The notes beneath the pieces are model-generated. The model ran no database searches. It worked only from the letters and a program-made list of their open reading frames with translations, and was not told the origin of the DNA. The position numbers and the translations under genes were made by a program. This document shows positions 9,582 to 19,414 of a stretch of DNA of 63,048 nt, one piece after another (within the stretch, counting starts at the first letter, position 1; every line of letters begins with the position of its first letter). This DNA comes from a virus. Lineage: Duplodnaviria; Caudoviricetes. The stretch spans positions 1 to 63,048 of IMG/VR virus record IMGVR_UViG_3300036884_000169; one strand, written 5' to 3'.

Positions 9582-10223
9582 ATGGCAAAAGAAAAATTAG
9601 TTCGTCCAACCCTGCCCGAAAAAACCGACCCAGACTATGTAGAAGCGCTCGTTGATGCCTGTATTACTGCCTTTGAAAAGTTCGGCGACGATGGCATGTC
9701 CCTCAATTATATGGGGGTAGATGGAAAACTCAGGCCCATGGTCCTGGACAACCCACGCTACAAGCAAGAAACACGCAAGATCATGGCCGAGAAGTTTCTT
9801 GAAGAAATTGAAGAAATAGAGAGCATTTCAGAGACGCTAAAATCCGAGTCACCACGCGAATCAAACTATGATATTAGAAATCCGAAAGAGGCAGAAAGTT
9901 TTACCAAGGACATCAAGGACACCCTTACCCTTAGACTGAAAGTTGCTGATATGCGTCGCGATGTTTTGAGCATCACAAAGAATAAGGAAGTCGAAGAGAA
10001 CGACGCACTAAATATATTCTTCATATCGCTCACTGCCGAAGAGTTTGCAGCAATGGATAATGTAGAGATTCATGAGGGTACAGAAACGGCAGAGCTGACC
10101 AACAAAGAAAAAGAAAAAGCTGCAAAGGCTAAAAAACGATTTGGTGATGACGAAGAGGACAATGAGCCTGACCCATTCATCATCGCAGCCGACGGCTCTA
10201 TTGAAGAGATATTTACACAGTGA
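9582..10223 (+). CDS. terS: Probable terminase small subunit
   Basis: Lies directly upstream of terL and overlaps it (GTGA). Helical with an acidic tail. Called by position. Confidence 0.55.
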   Translation: MAKEKLVRPTLPEKTDPDYVEALVDACITAFEKFGDDGMSLNYMGVDGKLRPMVLDNPRYKQETRKIMAEKFLEEIEEIESISETLKSESPRESNYDIRNPKEAESFTKDIKDTLTLRLKVADMRRDVLSITKNKEVEENDALNIFFISLTAEEFAAMDNVEIHEGTETAELTNKEKEKAAKAKKRFGDDEEDNEPDPFIIAADGSIEEIFTQ

Positions 10224-12586
10224 AAAAGATAAAATTACTTAAACATCAAGGGCAATTTATTCAAGCACCTTTCTTGTTTATTAAACACCGATTTTTTATA
10301 CTATGCTGTGGCTACGGAGCCGGGAAATCAAGCGCAATATGCAAAGTAGTTCTACATTATGTAAAAATACTACAAGGTAAAACAGATACAGAAGGGCACA
10401 GCCCCGTAATTTGTCTTGGTGGTGTGACACTTTCGCACTTAGAAAAAACAACATTAGCAATGATAAAAGAAGACCTTGATGCCTCAAAAACTGTGTATAG
10501 ACACGACACAAAAAATAACACGATATTTATAGGTAATGTGCGCATCATTTTAGTATCACTTTCAGAACCAAGTAAGATAGTAGGTTTTAACGCTTATATA
10601 AGTGTTGGTGATGAAATAGACGATCTTGGAACAAGCACATCAGATGATCTTACATTTGAGGCAGTAAAAGCACTAAACGAACGAACACGGCAAGTCATAA
10701 AAGGGCTGCGCAAACCTGCACTTTTATTTGCTTCAACAAGCCAGGGTCAAAAGGGGCTGTACCGTGTCTATACACAATTCATAAAAACAGGGGCTGCATT
10801 CATACTTATTAGAGGAAGCACCCGAGACAACCCGCACCTTGATCCTGAATATGTAGAATCACTCTATAAAATGTACAATGAAGTCGAACGCAAAGTATTC
10901 CTGGAAGGTTATTTTCTGCCTATATCGACAGGGCGTGTATTTGGTGACTTCGATTGGGGGAGAAACTTTATCCATGTCGATATGGATCAGGAGATTGGAC
11001 CTGATGAAACGGTGTACTGGGCGCAGGACTTCAACACCGGGTACTTTCGAGGATGCACGGGGGTGGAACGCGGTGGGCGGATATACGTGGTGAAGGGGTA
11101 TGACTTTCCCGATATTCGAGAGGCACCCGCCGTCGTGCGGCATGACTTTCCACACAACAAAATTGTCTGGATTCCAGACACGACTGCCAAGGACCAAATC
11201 AGCCACTTCACCAAGGAGTTGCGCAAGCACCGGATTCATTGGATTCAACGTGGTAAAAATCCACTGGTCGAGGATAGCGCATTCCTGGTGAATAAATTAT
11301 TCTTTACGAAGCGGCTATTCTTTACAACCATGGCAAAAGATGTTGCCGAAGCCTGTGCACTGGCCCAACGTGATAAAAATGGGAAAATCCCCAAAGGGAT
11401 TGGGCCAAACAGCCCTATTCACTATTGCTTCGCAGGCCACACAAAAGTCACCACAGCCCGAGGGCAAGTACGGATCGACCGTGTACGAGTCGGTGACGAA
11501 GTACTTACCCGAGCCGGATGGAAAAAGGTGGAAGTATCGGCCTACATGGGCAAGCAGAAAACACGCCAGCTTGGGCTAACCCGTATCACTCCAGAGCACC
11601 CGGTATGGACCGAGGAACGTGGCATGACTCCAGCGTACTCCTTGACAGACAGCGAACGATTGCTTACAATGACCAAAGAGGACATTAAGCAATGGCAAAA
11701 GACAAAACGACAGGAAGATTTATTGCAGGGCGTCACCGACGAAATGTCGAGACTGTTGAGCAGTTTGGCCGAACGTGGTACCGCTACCCAGACGCGAGAG
11801 GCTGGTCTGATAGGCACTATTTCCGAAGTGGCCCGGTATGGCTTCACGTTTTTACTTGGGAATATTACAACGGACCTGTACCAGAAGGTTATGAAGTCCA
11901 TCACAAAGACGGGAATACTGCACACAACGAAGAAGGGAATATTGAATGTATTCCTGCGGAGTTACACCAGAAGCTTCCAAAACGCATTGACCTTACGAAA
12001 GCAAGAGAAAATCTTAACAGAATCAGACCCATCGCCGCAGCTTGGCACGGCAGCGAAGAAGGCAGACAATGGCATTCTGCGCATGGCAAGGAAGTGGCTG
12101 CGAGTAACGCAGGTAAAACTGTACTCAAAGAGTGTGGATATTGCGGTAGCAGCTACACAACACTCCAGGTCAAAGCCACCATCAGCAGGTTCTGTTCCAC
12201 CCTTTGTAAGAACAAGAGTCGATACCATTCAGACGTGGACCTGGAAACACGGACCTGTATCGTTTGCGGAAAAGCTTTTCAGACACACAAAAGAACGACT
12301 TCTATATGCTGCTCAAGCAGTTGTGCCGCGACTAACAGGTGGAAAAAGCGTCGAGAAAGTGTATGATATAAGCGTGGAAGGCCAGCACGAGTTCATCGCA
12401 GACGGCATTCTGGTGTCCAATTGTGACGGAGTTAGAATGTTATCATATTTCCTGGCATCAAATAAGCGTAGCCTACGGGACATCAGGCGTGTTACAATAG
12501 CCAGACACTTGGAAATGTACGAAGAAGAGGCAGCGATCACCGAACTGGACGGCGGCTACCGAGAGCTGAATCCAGAAGCCCTCTAA
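10220..12586 (+). CDS. terL: Terminase large subunit with intein
   Basis: Walker A GYGAGKS, Walker B VGDEID, DNPHL, QDFN, and a C-terminal H-Y/C-DGVR nuclease motif interrupted by the intein. Confidence 0.95.
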   Translation: MKKIKLLKHQGQFIQAPFLFIKHRFFILCCGYGAGKSSAICKVVLHYVKILQGKTDTEGHSPVICLGGVTLSHLEKTTLAMIKEDLDASKTVYRHDTKNNTIFIGNVRIILVSLSEPSKIVGFNAYISVGDEIDDLGTSTSDDLTFEAVKALNERTRQVIKGLRKPALLFASTSQGQKGLYRVYTQFIKTGAAFILIRGSTRDNPHLDPEYVESLYKMYNEVERKVFLEGYFLPISTGRVFGDFDWGRNFIHVDMDQEIGPDETVYWAQDFNTGYFRGCTGVERGGRIYVVKGYDFPDIREAPAVVRHDFPHNKIVWIPDTTAKDQISHFTKELRKHRIHWIQRGKNPLVEDSAFLVNKLFFTKRLFFTTMAKDVAEACALAQRDKNGKIPKGIGPNSPIHYCFAGHTKVTTARGQVRIDRVRVGDEVLTRAGWKKVEVSAYMGKQKTRQLGLTRITPEHPVWTEERGMTPAYSLTDSERLLTMTKEDIKQWQKTKRQEDLLQGVTDEMSRLLSSLAERGTATQTREAGLIGTISEVARYGFTFLLGNITTDLYQKVMKSITKTGILHTTKKGILNVFLRSYTRSFQNALTLRKQEKILTESDPSPQLGTAAKKADNGILRMARKWLRVTQVKLYSKSVDIAVAATQHSRSKPPSAGSVPPFVRTRVDTIQTWTWKHGPVSFAEKLFRHTKERLLYAAQAVVPRLTGGKSVEKVYDISVEGQHEFIADGILVSNCDGVRMLSYFLASNKRSLRDIRRVTIARHLEMYEEEAAITELDGGYRELNPEAL
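11426..12421 (+). mobile_element. Intein (332 aa) in the terminase nuclease domain
   Basis: Block A CFAGHTKVTT, block B TPEHPV, block F VYDISV, block G FIADGILVSN, followed by extein Cys+1. Confidence 0.93.
11692..12366 (+). CDS. HNH homing endonuclease with zinc fingers, overprinted in another frame inside the intein
   Basis: LH..W....GPVPEGYEVHHKDGN..N...N.EC motif and two CxxC...[FC]CS..C fingers. Has its own AGAGGA RBS. Confidence 0.88.
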   Translation: MAKDKTTGRFIAGRHRRNVETVEQFGRTWYRYPDARGWSDRHYFRSGPVWLHVFTWEYYNGPVPEGYEVHHKDGNTAHNEEGNIECIPAELHQKLPKRIDLTKARENLNRIRPIAAAWHGSEEGRQWHSAHGKEVAASNAGKTVLKECGYCGSSYTTLQVKATISRFCSTLCKNKSRYHSDVDLETRTCIVCGKAFQTHKRTTSICCSSSCAATNRWKKRRESV

Positions 12587-12615
12587 CCAAGCTTTTTTCT
12601 GCTAAGGGGAACACT

Positions 12616-14496
12616 ATGGCTTTGACGTGGTATCGAGAAGTTTGGCAAATACTAAACAGTGGAAAGACCAGCACCGGCAGAACGAAAGACGGTGCACGTG
12701 TCATAAACACCAACCACTTCAAGCCACTGCCGATGGACAAGCAGTTGGCAGTCAATGGCATCATCGAAGAGTACCAGTTAGGGCATGTTCGGCGGGTGCT
12801 GGGCAATCCTGACACCCTTTCCGATGTGAAAGCCAGGGCTGGGCGGCTCATGCCGCTGATCGTCAACAACTTCGGCTCGGGTGAAATGGCCAAACGGGTA
12901 CGGGACTCAATGATGACCCGCGACATAGCACCAATGGGCAGTAACCAAAACGGCGGGATTTCCAACATGAACTCCATGAGCGGGGTGTATGGACAAGACC
13001 CGGCCTTGAATAATCGGGTTAACCCAAATATTTGGATTTCCCCTATGGAAGCCGCAGCCGTCTATTCACAGAAAGGATTGCCAGAAACTATTATCCGAAA
13101 GAAAAGTCAGTCTATTCTCCTGAATGGGGTCAGGATCAAATGCAAAATGCTGTCTGCCGACCAGAATGACCGGATCGCCGACAGTATCTTGGCAACGGGG
13201 CTGGCATACAAGATTGCCGAAGTGGTTGCCAACTCGCTCACCCACGGCGGGGGACTTTTATATCCGAACTTCAAGAAGGATTCACCGGCCAGTTTTGGCA
13301 TGTCGATTACCGAGTTGGCCAAAGCCGGGATCATCGGAAAGAACTGCCTTGACTTCTACACGGCCATTGACCGGTGGAACGTAGTGCACATCCCAAACTG
13401 GAACCCCACTTCAAGAGACTTCCTGACTCCTGACCATTATTACGTGCCGTTCCTGGGCTGCGATGTGAAAGGTGCCCGGTGCGCACGAGTCATCACGGCC
13501 CCGCAGTCAGGATACTGGGGAGCGTTGATGACACTGGGCTGGGGAATATCCGATATTCCAGGCTGGATCGAGTCGGTCTACAATTACTACAACGTGATGG
13601 CAGCCGTTCCAAACATGATTAACCAGATGTCGATCCTGGCTCGTACCTTCAACGTCGATGGTTTAATGGCCACAGAAGGGGCGTCCATCATGGAAGCCAT
13701 CGACTTCGACGAGACGATCCGGGTCCGTCAGGCGTCCATCAACAACCCCATCAATATGGACGTTATCGGTGATTTGAAGGCTATTGACCGTGACTTTGCC
13801 CAGGTGCCTGAGCTGATCCGGCTGGTGCGCCAAGATGCTGCGGCTCGGGCTACCATACCAGAAGAGTTGCTGTGGTCCTCGGAGCGCGGGGCGTTTTCCA
13901 GCGGGGATTCCAGCGACAGTGCCTACGAGAAACAATCCGAGGGCACCCGGTACATCCATGTCGATGTGGCACACCAACTAAAAGCGGTGTCCCAATTGGC
14001 AGTTATCAATGCCCTGGGATTGGACCGCGACGTAATTGCGGCACTTCCCTACGTCACCATTTCCTTCGACAACCCGCGTGTCACCAATGCCAAGGACAAG
14101 TCTGATATTGCCGCGAAGATCACCAAAGGATTCTTCGATCTGGTGGCGGGTGGCTTGCCGGAAGACGCAGCACTGGACATCAGCCGTCAGTTTGCCGACG
14201 ACGAGTTCTTTATCGACCCGAAGGTTATGGAAGATGTACGCCGCCGCCAGGGTATTAAGGACGAACGCGAAGCCGAGAAGCACCAGAAAGAAATGGAGCT
14301 GATGGGCAAACAGATCGAAACTGCCGGTGCGCCACCTACTGCCCCTGGGGGTAAGCCCAAGGGGAAAGCAGCCCCAGCCTCCGCAGGCGAAAAGAAAGGG
14401 CACAGTTACAAAGACCCGCTGGAACAAAAGCAACACGAAAAAGTAGGAGCGAATAAAAAACAAGGTATCCAGAAAGCACAGGCGAAAGTACCGTAA
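12616..14496 (+). CDS. Portal protein (DUF1073-like)
   Basis: Follows terL. Size and motifs (GWG.S, AA...IP...L...GAFSSGD) fit this portal class. Confidence 0.8.
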   Translation: MALTWYREVWQILNSGKTSTGRTKDGARVINTNHFKPLPMDKQLAVNGIIEEYQLGHVRRVLGNPDTLSDVKARAGRLMPLIVNNFGSGEMAKRVRDSMMTRDIAPMGSNQNGGISNMNSMSGVYGQDPALNNRVNPNIWISPMEAAAVYSQKGLPETIIRKKSQSILLNGVRIKCKMLSADQNDRIADSILATGLAYKIAEVVANSLTHGGGLLYPNFKKDSPASFGMSITELAKAGIIGKNCLDFYTAIDRWNVVHIPNWNPTSRDFLTPDHYYVPFLGCDVKGARCARVITAPQSGYWGALMTLGWGISDIPGWIESVYNYYNVMAAVPNMINQMSILARTFNVDGLMATEGASIMEAIDFDETIRVRQASINNPINMDVIGDLKAIDRDFAQVPELIRLVRQDAAARATIPEELLWSSERGAFSSGDSSDSAYEKQSEGTRYIHVDVAHQLKAVSQLAVINALGLDRDVIAALPYVTISFDNPRVTNAKDKSDIAAKITKGFFDLVAGGLPEDAALDISRQFADDEFFIDPKVMEDVRRRQGIKDEREAEKHQKEMELMGKQIETAGAPPTAPGGKPKGKAAPASAGEKKGHSYKDPLEQKQHEKVGANKKQGIQKAQAKVP

Positions 14497-14506
14497 GGAG
14501 GGTTCT

Positions 14507-15163
14507 ATGCCAACAACTATCAACAATTCACTGGGGAAGCCAAACTGGTCCCAGCGCAATAACCCCGACGATCCTTCAACTCCATGGAATGAAACCTTCG
14601 AGACATGCAACGTAACAGCTGCTTACACGTCGGGCGGTATTGCCAACTGGCCTATGGCAAACTTCATGAAAGGGCTGCACCCACGCGGACCCATGGATTT
14701 GCTGTTATTCATGCGCCAGAATACCCGCTGCAAGGCATTGTACGAACAGACCGACCCCAAACATTCCAGCCCCATGAACGAGTGGATGGAAATCGTGGCG
14801 GTTGGCTTGGATGAGTATTTAGGGAATCCCGGTGTCAAACTCGTCTATGGCGCAAGTCTTACCACGATCCATTCACATATCTGCGCCGGAGACGGCATTG
14901 TGATTCATGGAAACTTCACCTTCAAACGCGCTGACGGTTCTTCCGTAACCGGTGGCCACTACGAATCGCTGGTTGGTTTGAGAGCCGACGACAACGGAAC
15001 CGTCACGGCATGGCTGGTGGATGATCCCTACGGCGATCCCATCACCGACTACCTATCGACGATGGGTAATGATATTTGGCTGACAATGGGGCAGGTAGCA
15101 ACCTGGATCAAACCGCAGGGCGACGGGGGCAAGGATGCTATCTTCATACCCAAGTACAAATAA
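14507..15163 (+). CDS. Papain-fold C39-like peptidase, possible endolysin or virion hydrolase
   Basis: SQRNN, ETCNVTA (Cys), GGHY (His), VDDPYG (Asp). Confidence 0.75.
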   Translation: MPTTINNSLGKPNWSQRNNPDDPSTPWNETFETCNVTAAYTSGGIANWPMANFMKGLHPRGPMDLLLFMRQNTRCKALYEQTDPKHSSPMNEWMEIVAVGLDEYLGNPGVKLVYGASLTTIHSHICAGDGIVIHGNFTFKRADGSSVTGGHYESLVGLRADDNGTVTAWLVDDPYGDPITDYLSTMGNDIWLTMGQVATWIKPQGDGGKDAIFIPKYK

Positions 15164-15218
15164 TGTTTTTTTCTGCTTCTTGCTTAATTGATAAGATGGT
15201 TGTAGAATTGGAGGCACG

Positions 15219-16451
15219 ATGAGTATTACACAAACACGCGACAATCATCCGGCTATCATGATTAAACCAAGCATTTTGGCGCGGAGTGGCGTGTATCTAT
15301 ACACACACGACGAAATGATTAAGCGTGGGTTTACTCCACCGGTCAGAAAAGAAATCTACAAAGAATACCGACCGGCAGCGGTGCTCATTCGGAATAAGGA
15401 TAAGTTTGCATTTACGGCGATGACGGTTGAACATACCGACGACGAAATAAGTGCAGCCAACTTCCGGGACCAGGCAAGTGGCGTGATTGGGGATAGTATC
15501 GAAGTTACCACATTAGATGATGGCGAAGTGGCATTGCGTGGAAACATTGCGTTTTATACACAAGATGCAGTTGACTATTTTAATGCTGGTAATAAAGAAA
15601 CAAGTGCCGACTACCGATCAAAGGTTGTGTTGAGTAAGAATCCGTTGTATGATCTTGAATTAGTTGACATTATTTCGGTTAATGCGGTTGTCATTACCGA
15701 ACGAGGGCGCGGCGGTGAGAACGTCAGAGTACGTGATAGCTTACCGAGTGCCCAGAAAAAAACCGGAGGTTTGAAAATGGGGTATAATGTACTGGGGTTT
15801 TTGGGGATTGGCCGCACAAAAGACAAGGCTGATTTTAAGCTTTCTCAGGTTGTCATGGCTGGCGTGAAGCAAGTTCACACGGTCGATGCCAAGAAACTCG
15901 ATGAGCTAGTGGGTGGTGTCATGGGGCATATCACTGTGCTTTCCGAAAGCAAGGATCGTGAGATTTTGATCGGTGCAGTGCAGGACAGTTTCAAGCACCC
16001 GGTCGAAGTCATCGCCAAGGAAAAGGAAGTGTCGGCCCTGATTGACAAGTTCTACAGCCGGTGTGTCGATGCCGACGAAAAGGCTTTGAAGGAAACCATG
16101 GATTCCGTGGAATCCGAGGACAAAGAAAAGGCTAAGAAAACTGACACCAAAGACGGCGAAGAAACTCCCGAAGAAAAGGCCAAACGCGAAAAAGAAGAAA
16201 AGGACGAGAAGGACGGTGCCAAAACCAAGGACACTGCCAGGCTCATCGACGAAGCGTTTGCCAAGTTCCGGGATGAAATGAAACGGACTCTGGACGGAAT
16301 ACCAGGCGTTGTTGACGCTGCGGTTGCCAAGTCCCTGTCCTTGGGGGCCGGCGCCGGTGGAAAGACCGACGGGGATACACGTACCATCGACAGCACCAGC
16401 ATTGACAACGGTGATGCAGCGTTCTTGCTTGACGGTATTTTCGGCAAATAA
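15219..16451 (+). CDS. Prohead protease/scaffold (DUF2213-like)
   Basis: LARSGVYLY, EYRP, T.EH, ETSADY and N.V.I..RGRGG motifs, with a charged C-terminal scaffold. Confidence 0.8.
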   Translation: MSITQTRDNHPAIMIKPSILARSGVYLYTHDEMIKRGFTPPVRKEIYKEYRPAAVLIRNKDKFAFTAMTVEHTDDEISAANFRDQASGVIGDSIEVTTLDDGEVALRGNIAFYTQDAVDYFNAGNKETSADYRSKVVLSKNPLYDLELVDIISVNAVVITERGRGGENVRVRDSLPSAQKKTGGLKMGYNVLGFLGIGRTKDKADFKLSQVVMAGVKQVHTVDAKKLDELVGGVMGHITVLSESKDREILIGAVQDSFKHPVEVIAKEKEVSALIDKFYSRCVDADEKALKETMDSVESEDKEKAKKTDTKDGEETPEEKAKREKEEKDEKDGAKTKDTARLIDEAFAKFRDEMKRTLDGIPGVVDAAVAKSLSLGAGAGGKTDGDTRTIDSTSIDNGDAAFLLDGIFGK

Positions 16452-16489
16452 GACGGCGTACCGTCACAACTACTTGGAGGTAGATTATT

Positions 16490-17203
16490 ATGGGCACATA
16501 CGGTAATGGTACCCCGCTGGCAATTAACCAGCACAACGTTTTCCGTGGCCAGGGGCGCACCAACGGCTTCCTGATGAAAAATGTCGATGGCCGAATCCCT
16601 GCGGTGCAGGAAGGCTTCTCCCGCATGGCAATCGGAAGCGGGAGCGCTTTGTACGCCGACGGGATCGTTCCCTATGGTACGGCGCTGTGGCGTGATACCA
16701 ATCTTATCGACACCAATCCGGGCGGAGTCTGGGCAGACAAGCCCACTAAGGCATGGTTCGTCGGTATCTTGAAGTTTGAACAGGGAATGCAGAATGCGCA
16801 TCCTGTGGCTGGGCACGGTATTCAGGCCGGGTTCATGAAGGGAACCTTGGTGCGCAAGGGCCTGGTGGGTTACAAAGTCTGCATGACTGCTGTTGGCCAA
16901 GAGGCCAATTACCTCGCCTACCTGAAAGGTGACACCACCAAGGACACCGGAACGGTGCGCAAGGTGTACGCTGATTGGGTGGCTGCATGGAAGGGCGGTG
17001 CAGACGGTGACCGTTTGGCCATGTTCTTCGCCAATGCCTCGGGATTCCCGATTATCAGTTTGGTAGTCGCGGCCAATCTCGGTGCACCGACCCTGGCGAA
17101 TTGTACCTTCGGTGGTTGGGTGGAAATCCTCGAACCGGAAAACCAGGCGGTGTATATCGACCTCCGGGCCGATCAGATCGGTGTTCCGGACATTGATTCA
17201 TAA
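16490..17203 (+). CDS. Probable head decoration/cement protein
   Basis: Position between scaffold and capsid genes. GGAGG RBS. Confidence 0.6.
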   Translation: MGTYGNGTPLAINQHNVFRGQGRTNGFLMKNVDGRIPAVQEGFSRMAIGSGSALYADGIVPYGTALWRDTNLIDTNPGGVWADKPTKAWFVGILKFEQGMQNAHPVAGHGIQAGFMKGTLVRKGLVGYKVCMTAVGQEANYLAYLKGDTTKDTGTVRKVYADWVAAWKGGADGDRLAMFFANASGFPIISLVVAANLGAPTLANCTFGGWVEILEPENQAVYIDLRADQIGVPDIDS

Positions 17204-17268
17204 ACCAGGTCGGGAAATAAGTTCCGGGCAAATACCCGGAACTTCACAAACTGCAAAAGGATAGAGCA

Positions 17269-18834
17269 ATGGAAAAAGGAAGTTTACTGACAGTTGCCCG
17301 GCACTACGACGGCTGGAAAACCAAAGCAGAGAATTATCTGTGCAAACAGTTTCCCGAAATGATCGACAGCGGCCATTTCCACGGGATTTCTGTGGGGCGC
17401 AATCAGGATGGCGGAGTGGGGGATCGTGGTGGATACCGCGTTCGTGGCAATCCGTCGGTAGTGGCCCATGCGTTGTACCTGGACGTGCCCAAGCGCATGA
17501 TCGGTGATAACCTTCTGGCCCATCCCGATTTGAAAACAAAGAGCATTGTCACCCGTGCCAGTGATGCGGTGCAAGCCCTGGCAATCGAACAGATCAATGA
17601 TCTGATTGGCAAGGGCATCGAAAAGAACGTTGCCCAGCAGCGCGTGGCGGATTCCATCGCCAGCTTCGGCTACTATGACAAGAAGTCTGGTACGTTCGTG
17701 GCTGAGCGCATCAGTGGCCGTACCAAGGACTCTGTACTGGGTGGTATGATGACCCCGTACTGGGATATTGCCCGGATTCAGAAGGTGTTCAAGCAGCCCT
17801 TCCTGCGCGGTTATTCCGACAATCTGGTCAACAAGGTCGGGATTCCCAATATCTGGGCCGACCTGGTGCAGATTTTCACCGAAACCTTTGAAGGCATGGC
17901 GCGTGTGTCTAATGTCGCCAAGGGCACTGGCGAGTTCAACACCACAACCGGCGTGAAAAACCGCACCGGTACCATGCTGTCTGAAATAATCAACCTGGTC
18001 ATCGACTACGAATCCCCCACTCCTATGGACGGAATCTACGGTGGTATGGAAGGTAACTGGCTGACCAATGCGGTCATCGGCGACCGCGATGCCTACGCCA
18101 ACCTGATGTTGGAGCAGCTTACCTGCCTGTTGTATTACTTCGGCCATGCTGAGTCCGGCTTTGAAGGTTTGACCCAGATCGCCAACCGCGACGGAACCTA
18201 CACCTTCTACGATCACCTGAAGCCCCCGGCCAGCTATATGTGGGACAATGACGGTGCTGGAGGTGGTACGGGAACCGTGAACAACACGGTAGGTTCTGAC
18301 CTGCTGCTGATGTTCAATCACCTGATTGCCGACATGATGGAAGAACTTTTCTTTCTGCCGGTCGATGTCAAGATCACTTGTTCACCGATCTTGTACAAGG
18401 CATTGAAGTTCTCAATGCTGAGCAAGAACTTTAACCAGAACAGCCCCTTGTCGATCATCAGCACTGCGTTTGAATCCGGTAACAAGATTCAGGGAACTAT
18501 GGCTTCGATCAGCGGTGACAGCCTGTACCGCCAGTTTGAGCTGGTGCCCGACCCCATGTTGATGCCGAATACCGACTTCAACCCCACCGGCGAGGATTTG
18601 ATGTTCATCACCTTCCCGACGCTGCAATCGGCCATGGATGGTGGAAACCTTACCGACCTGATTATGGCTCCTGTGCCTATCGACAAGATGGTGCTACCCA
18701 GCGCTCCTGGCTACCGTGATGGTACTGCACGTACTGCCTTGAAGCGGATTGGTAGTCTCCTGTGCCCGGTCGCCAAAACGGTCCATGTCATCAGCGGCAT
18801 GGGCATCAACAGCCGGTATACCCCTCCCGTCTAA
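17269..18834 (+). CDS. Major capsid protein with N-terminal extension
   Basis: Position, GC3-rich codon usage, YFG....GFEGL motif and a downstream hairpin. Confidence 0.75.
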   Translation: MEKGSLLTVARHYDGWKTKAENYLCKQFPEMIDSGHFHGISVGRNQDGGVGDRGGYRVRGNPSVVAHALYLDVPKRMIGDNLLAHPDLKTKSIVTRASDAVQALAIEQINDLIGKGIEKNVAQQRVADSIASFGYYDKKSGTFVAERISGRTKDSVLGGMMTPYWDIARIQKVFKQPFLRGYSDNLVNKVGIPNIWADLVQIFTETFEGMARVSNVAKGTGEFNTTTGVKNRTGTMLSEIINLVIDYESPTPMDGIYGGMEGNWLTNAVIGDRDAYANLMLEQLTCLLYYFGHAESGFEGLTQIANRDGTYTFYDHLKPPASYMWDNDGAGGGTGTVNNTVGSDLLLMFNHLIADMMEELFFLPVDVKITCSPILYKALKFSMLSKNFNQNSPLSIISTAFESGNKIQGTMASISGDSLYRQFELVPDPMLMPNTDFNPTGEDLMFITFPTLQSAMDGGNLTDLIMAPVPIDKMVLPSAPGYRDGTARTALKRIGSLLCPVAKTVHVISGMGINSRYTPPV

Positions 18835-18840
18835 GTATAC

Positions 18841-18868
18841 TACCCGCCCTGTTGTGGGGCGGGTATTC
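18841..18868 (+). terminator. Stem-loop after the capsid gene
   Basis: TACCCGCCC-TGTTGTG-GGGCGGGTA, with a weak U tract. Confidence 0.55.
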
Positions 18869-18889
18869 TGACCCAAGGAGAATAGTTCA

Positions 18890-19414
18890 ATGAAATACAT
18901 TCAGAATGTGCATACTGCGTTAATCAAATGTAAGGTTGTGGACGCTGGTGCACCGCTGGAAGGTGGTCGTCCGGTTCCACGCGAATTCTTTTTTCGCCCG
19001 GCTACCATGGATCGCGGTACTGGCCGGGCGCTGGAAAGTGGCTATACCCCCATCGAAGATTCCGACTATGATCTTTTGATGGCACAGAGTAAAACATTCA
19101 GCCATTTCACCGACCCGGCAAAACACATGCTCTATGTGCATGATGATCTGCCTGATGACATCAAGACTCCCCAGGATGTCTTGGTTTCGGTGCGCAAAGA
19201 CCTACAAGCCGCCAATACGCTGATTGCCACCTTACAGGCCCAGGTTGCTACCAACAGTGGCAAAGCCCTGACTGACGCCAAGGCCGAAATCACCAACCTG
19301 AAATCCCAGATTACTGCGCTGCAAGATCAGCTCAATGCAGCCAAAGCCGCAATACCGGGTGCGGGTAAAGTGGCCGATAGCCAAGATGGAGCCGGGGTTA
19401 CTCCCAAGTTCTAA
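18890..19414 (+). CDS. Head-associated protein with coiled coil
   Basis: AAGGAG RBS and a heptad C-terminus. Confidence 0.65.
   Translation: MKYIQNVHTALIKCKVVDAGAPLEGGRPVPREFFFRPATMDRGTGRALESGYTPIEDSDYDLLMAQSKTFSHFTDPAKHMLYVHDDLPDDIKTPQDVLVSVRKDLQAANTLIATLQAQVATNSGKALTDAKAEITNLKSQITALQDQLNAAKAAIPGAGKVADSQDGAGVTPKF

Noticed and set aside
17284-18321. 345-aa antisense ORF within the capsid gene (and similar ones at 16052 and 52870)
   Set aside because: Expected from the GC3-biased codon usage of the sense genes. No motifs seen.
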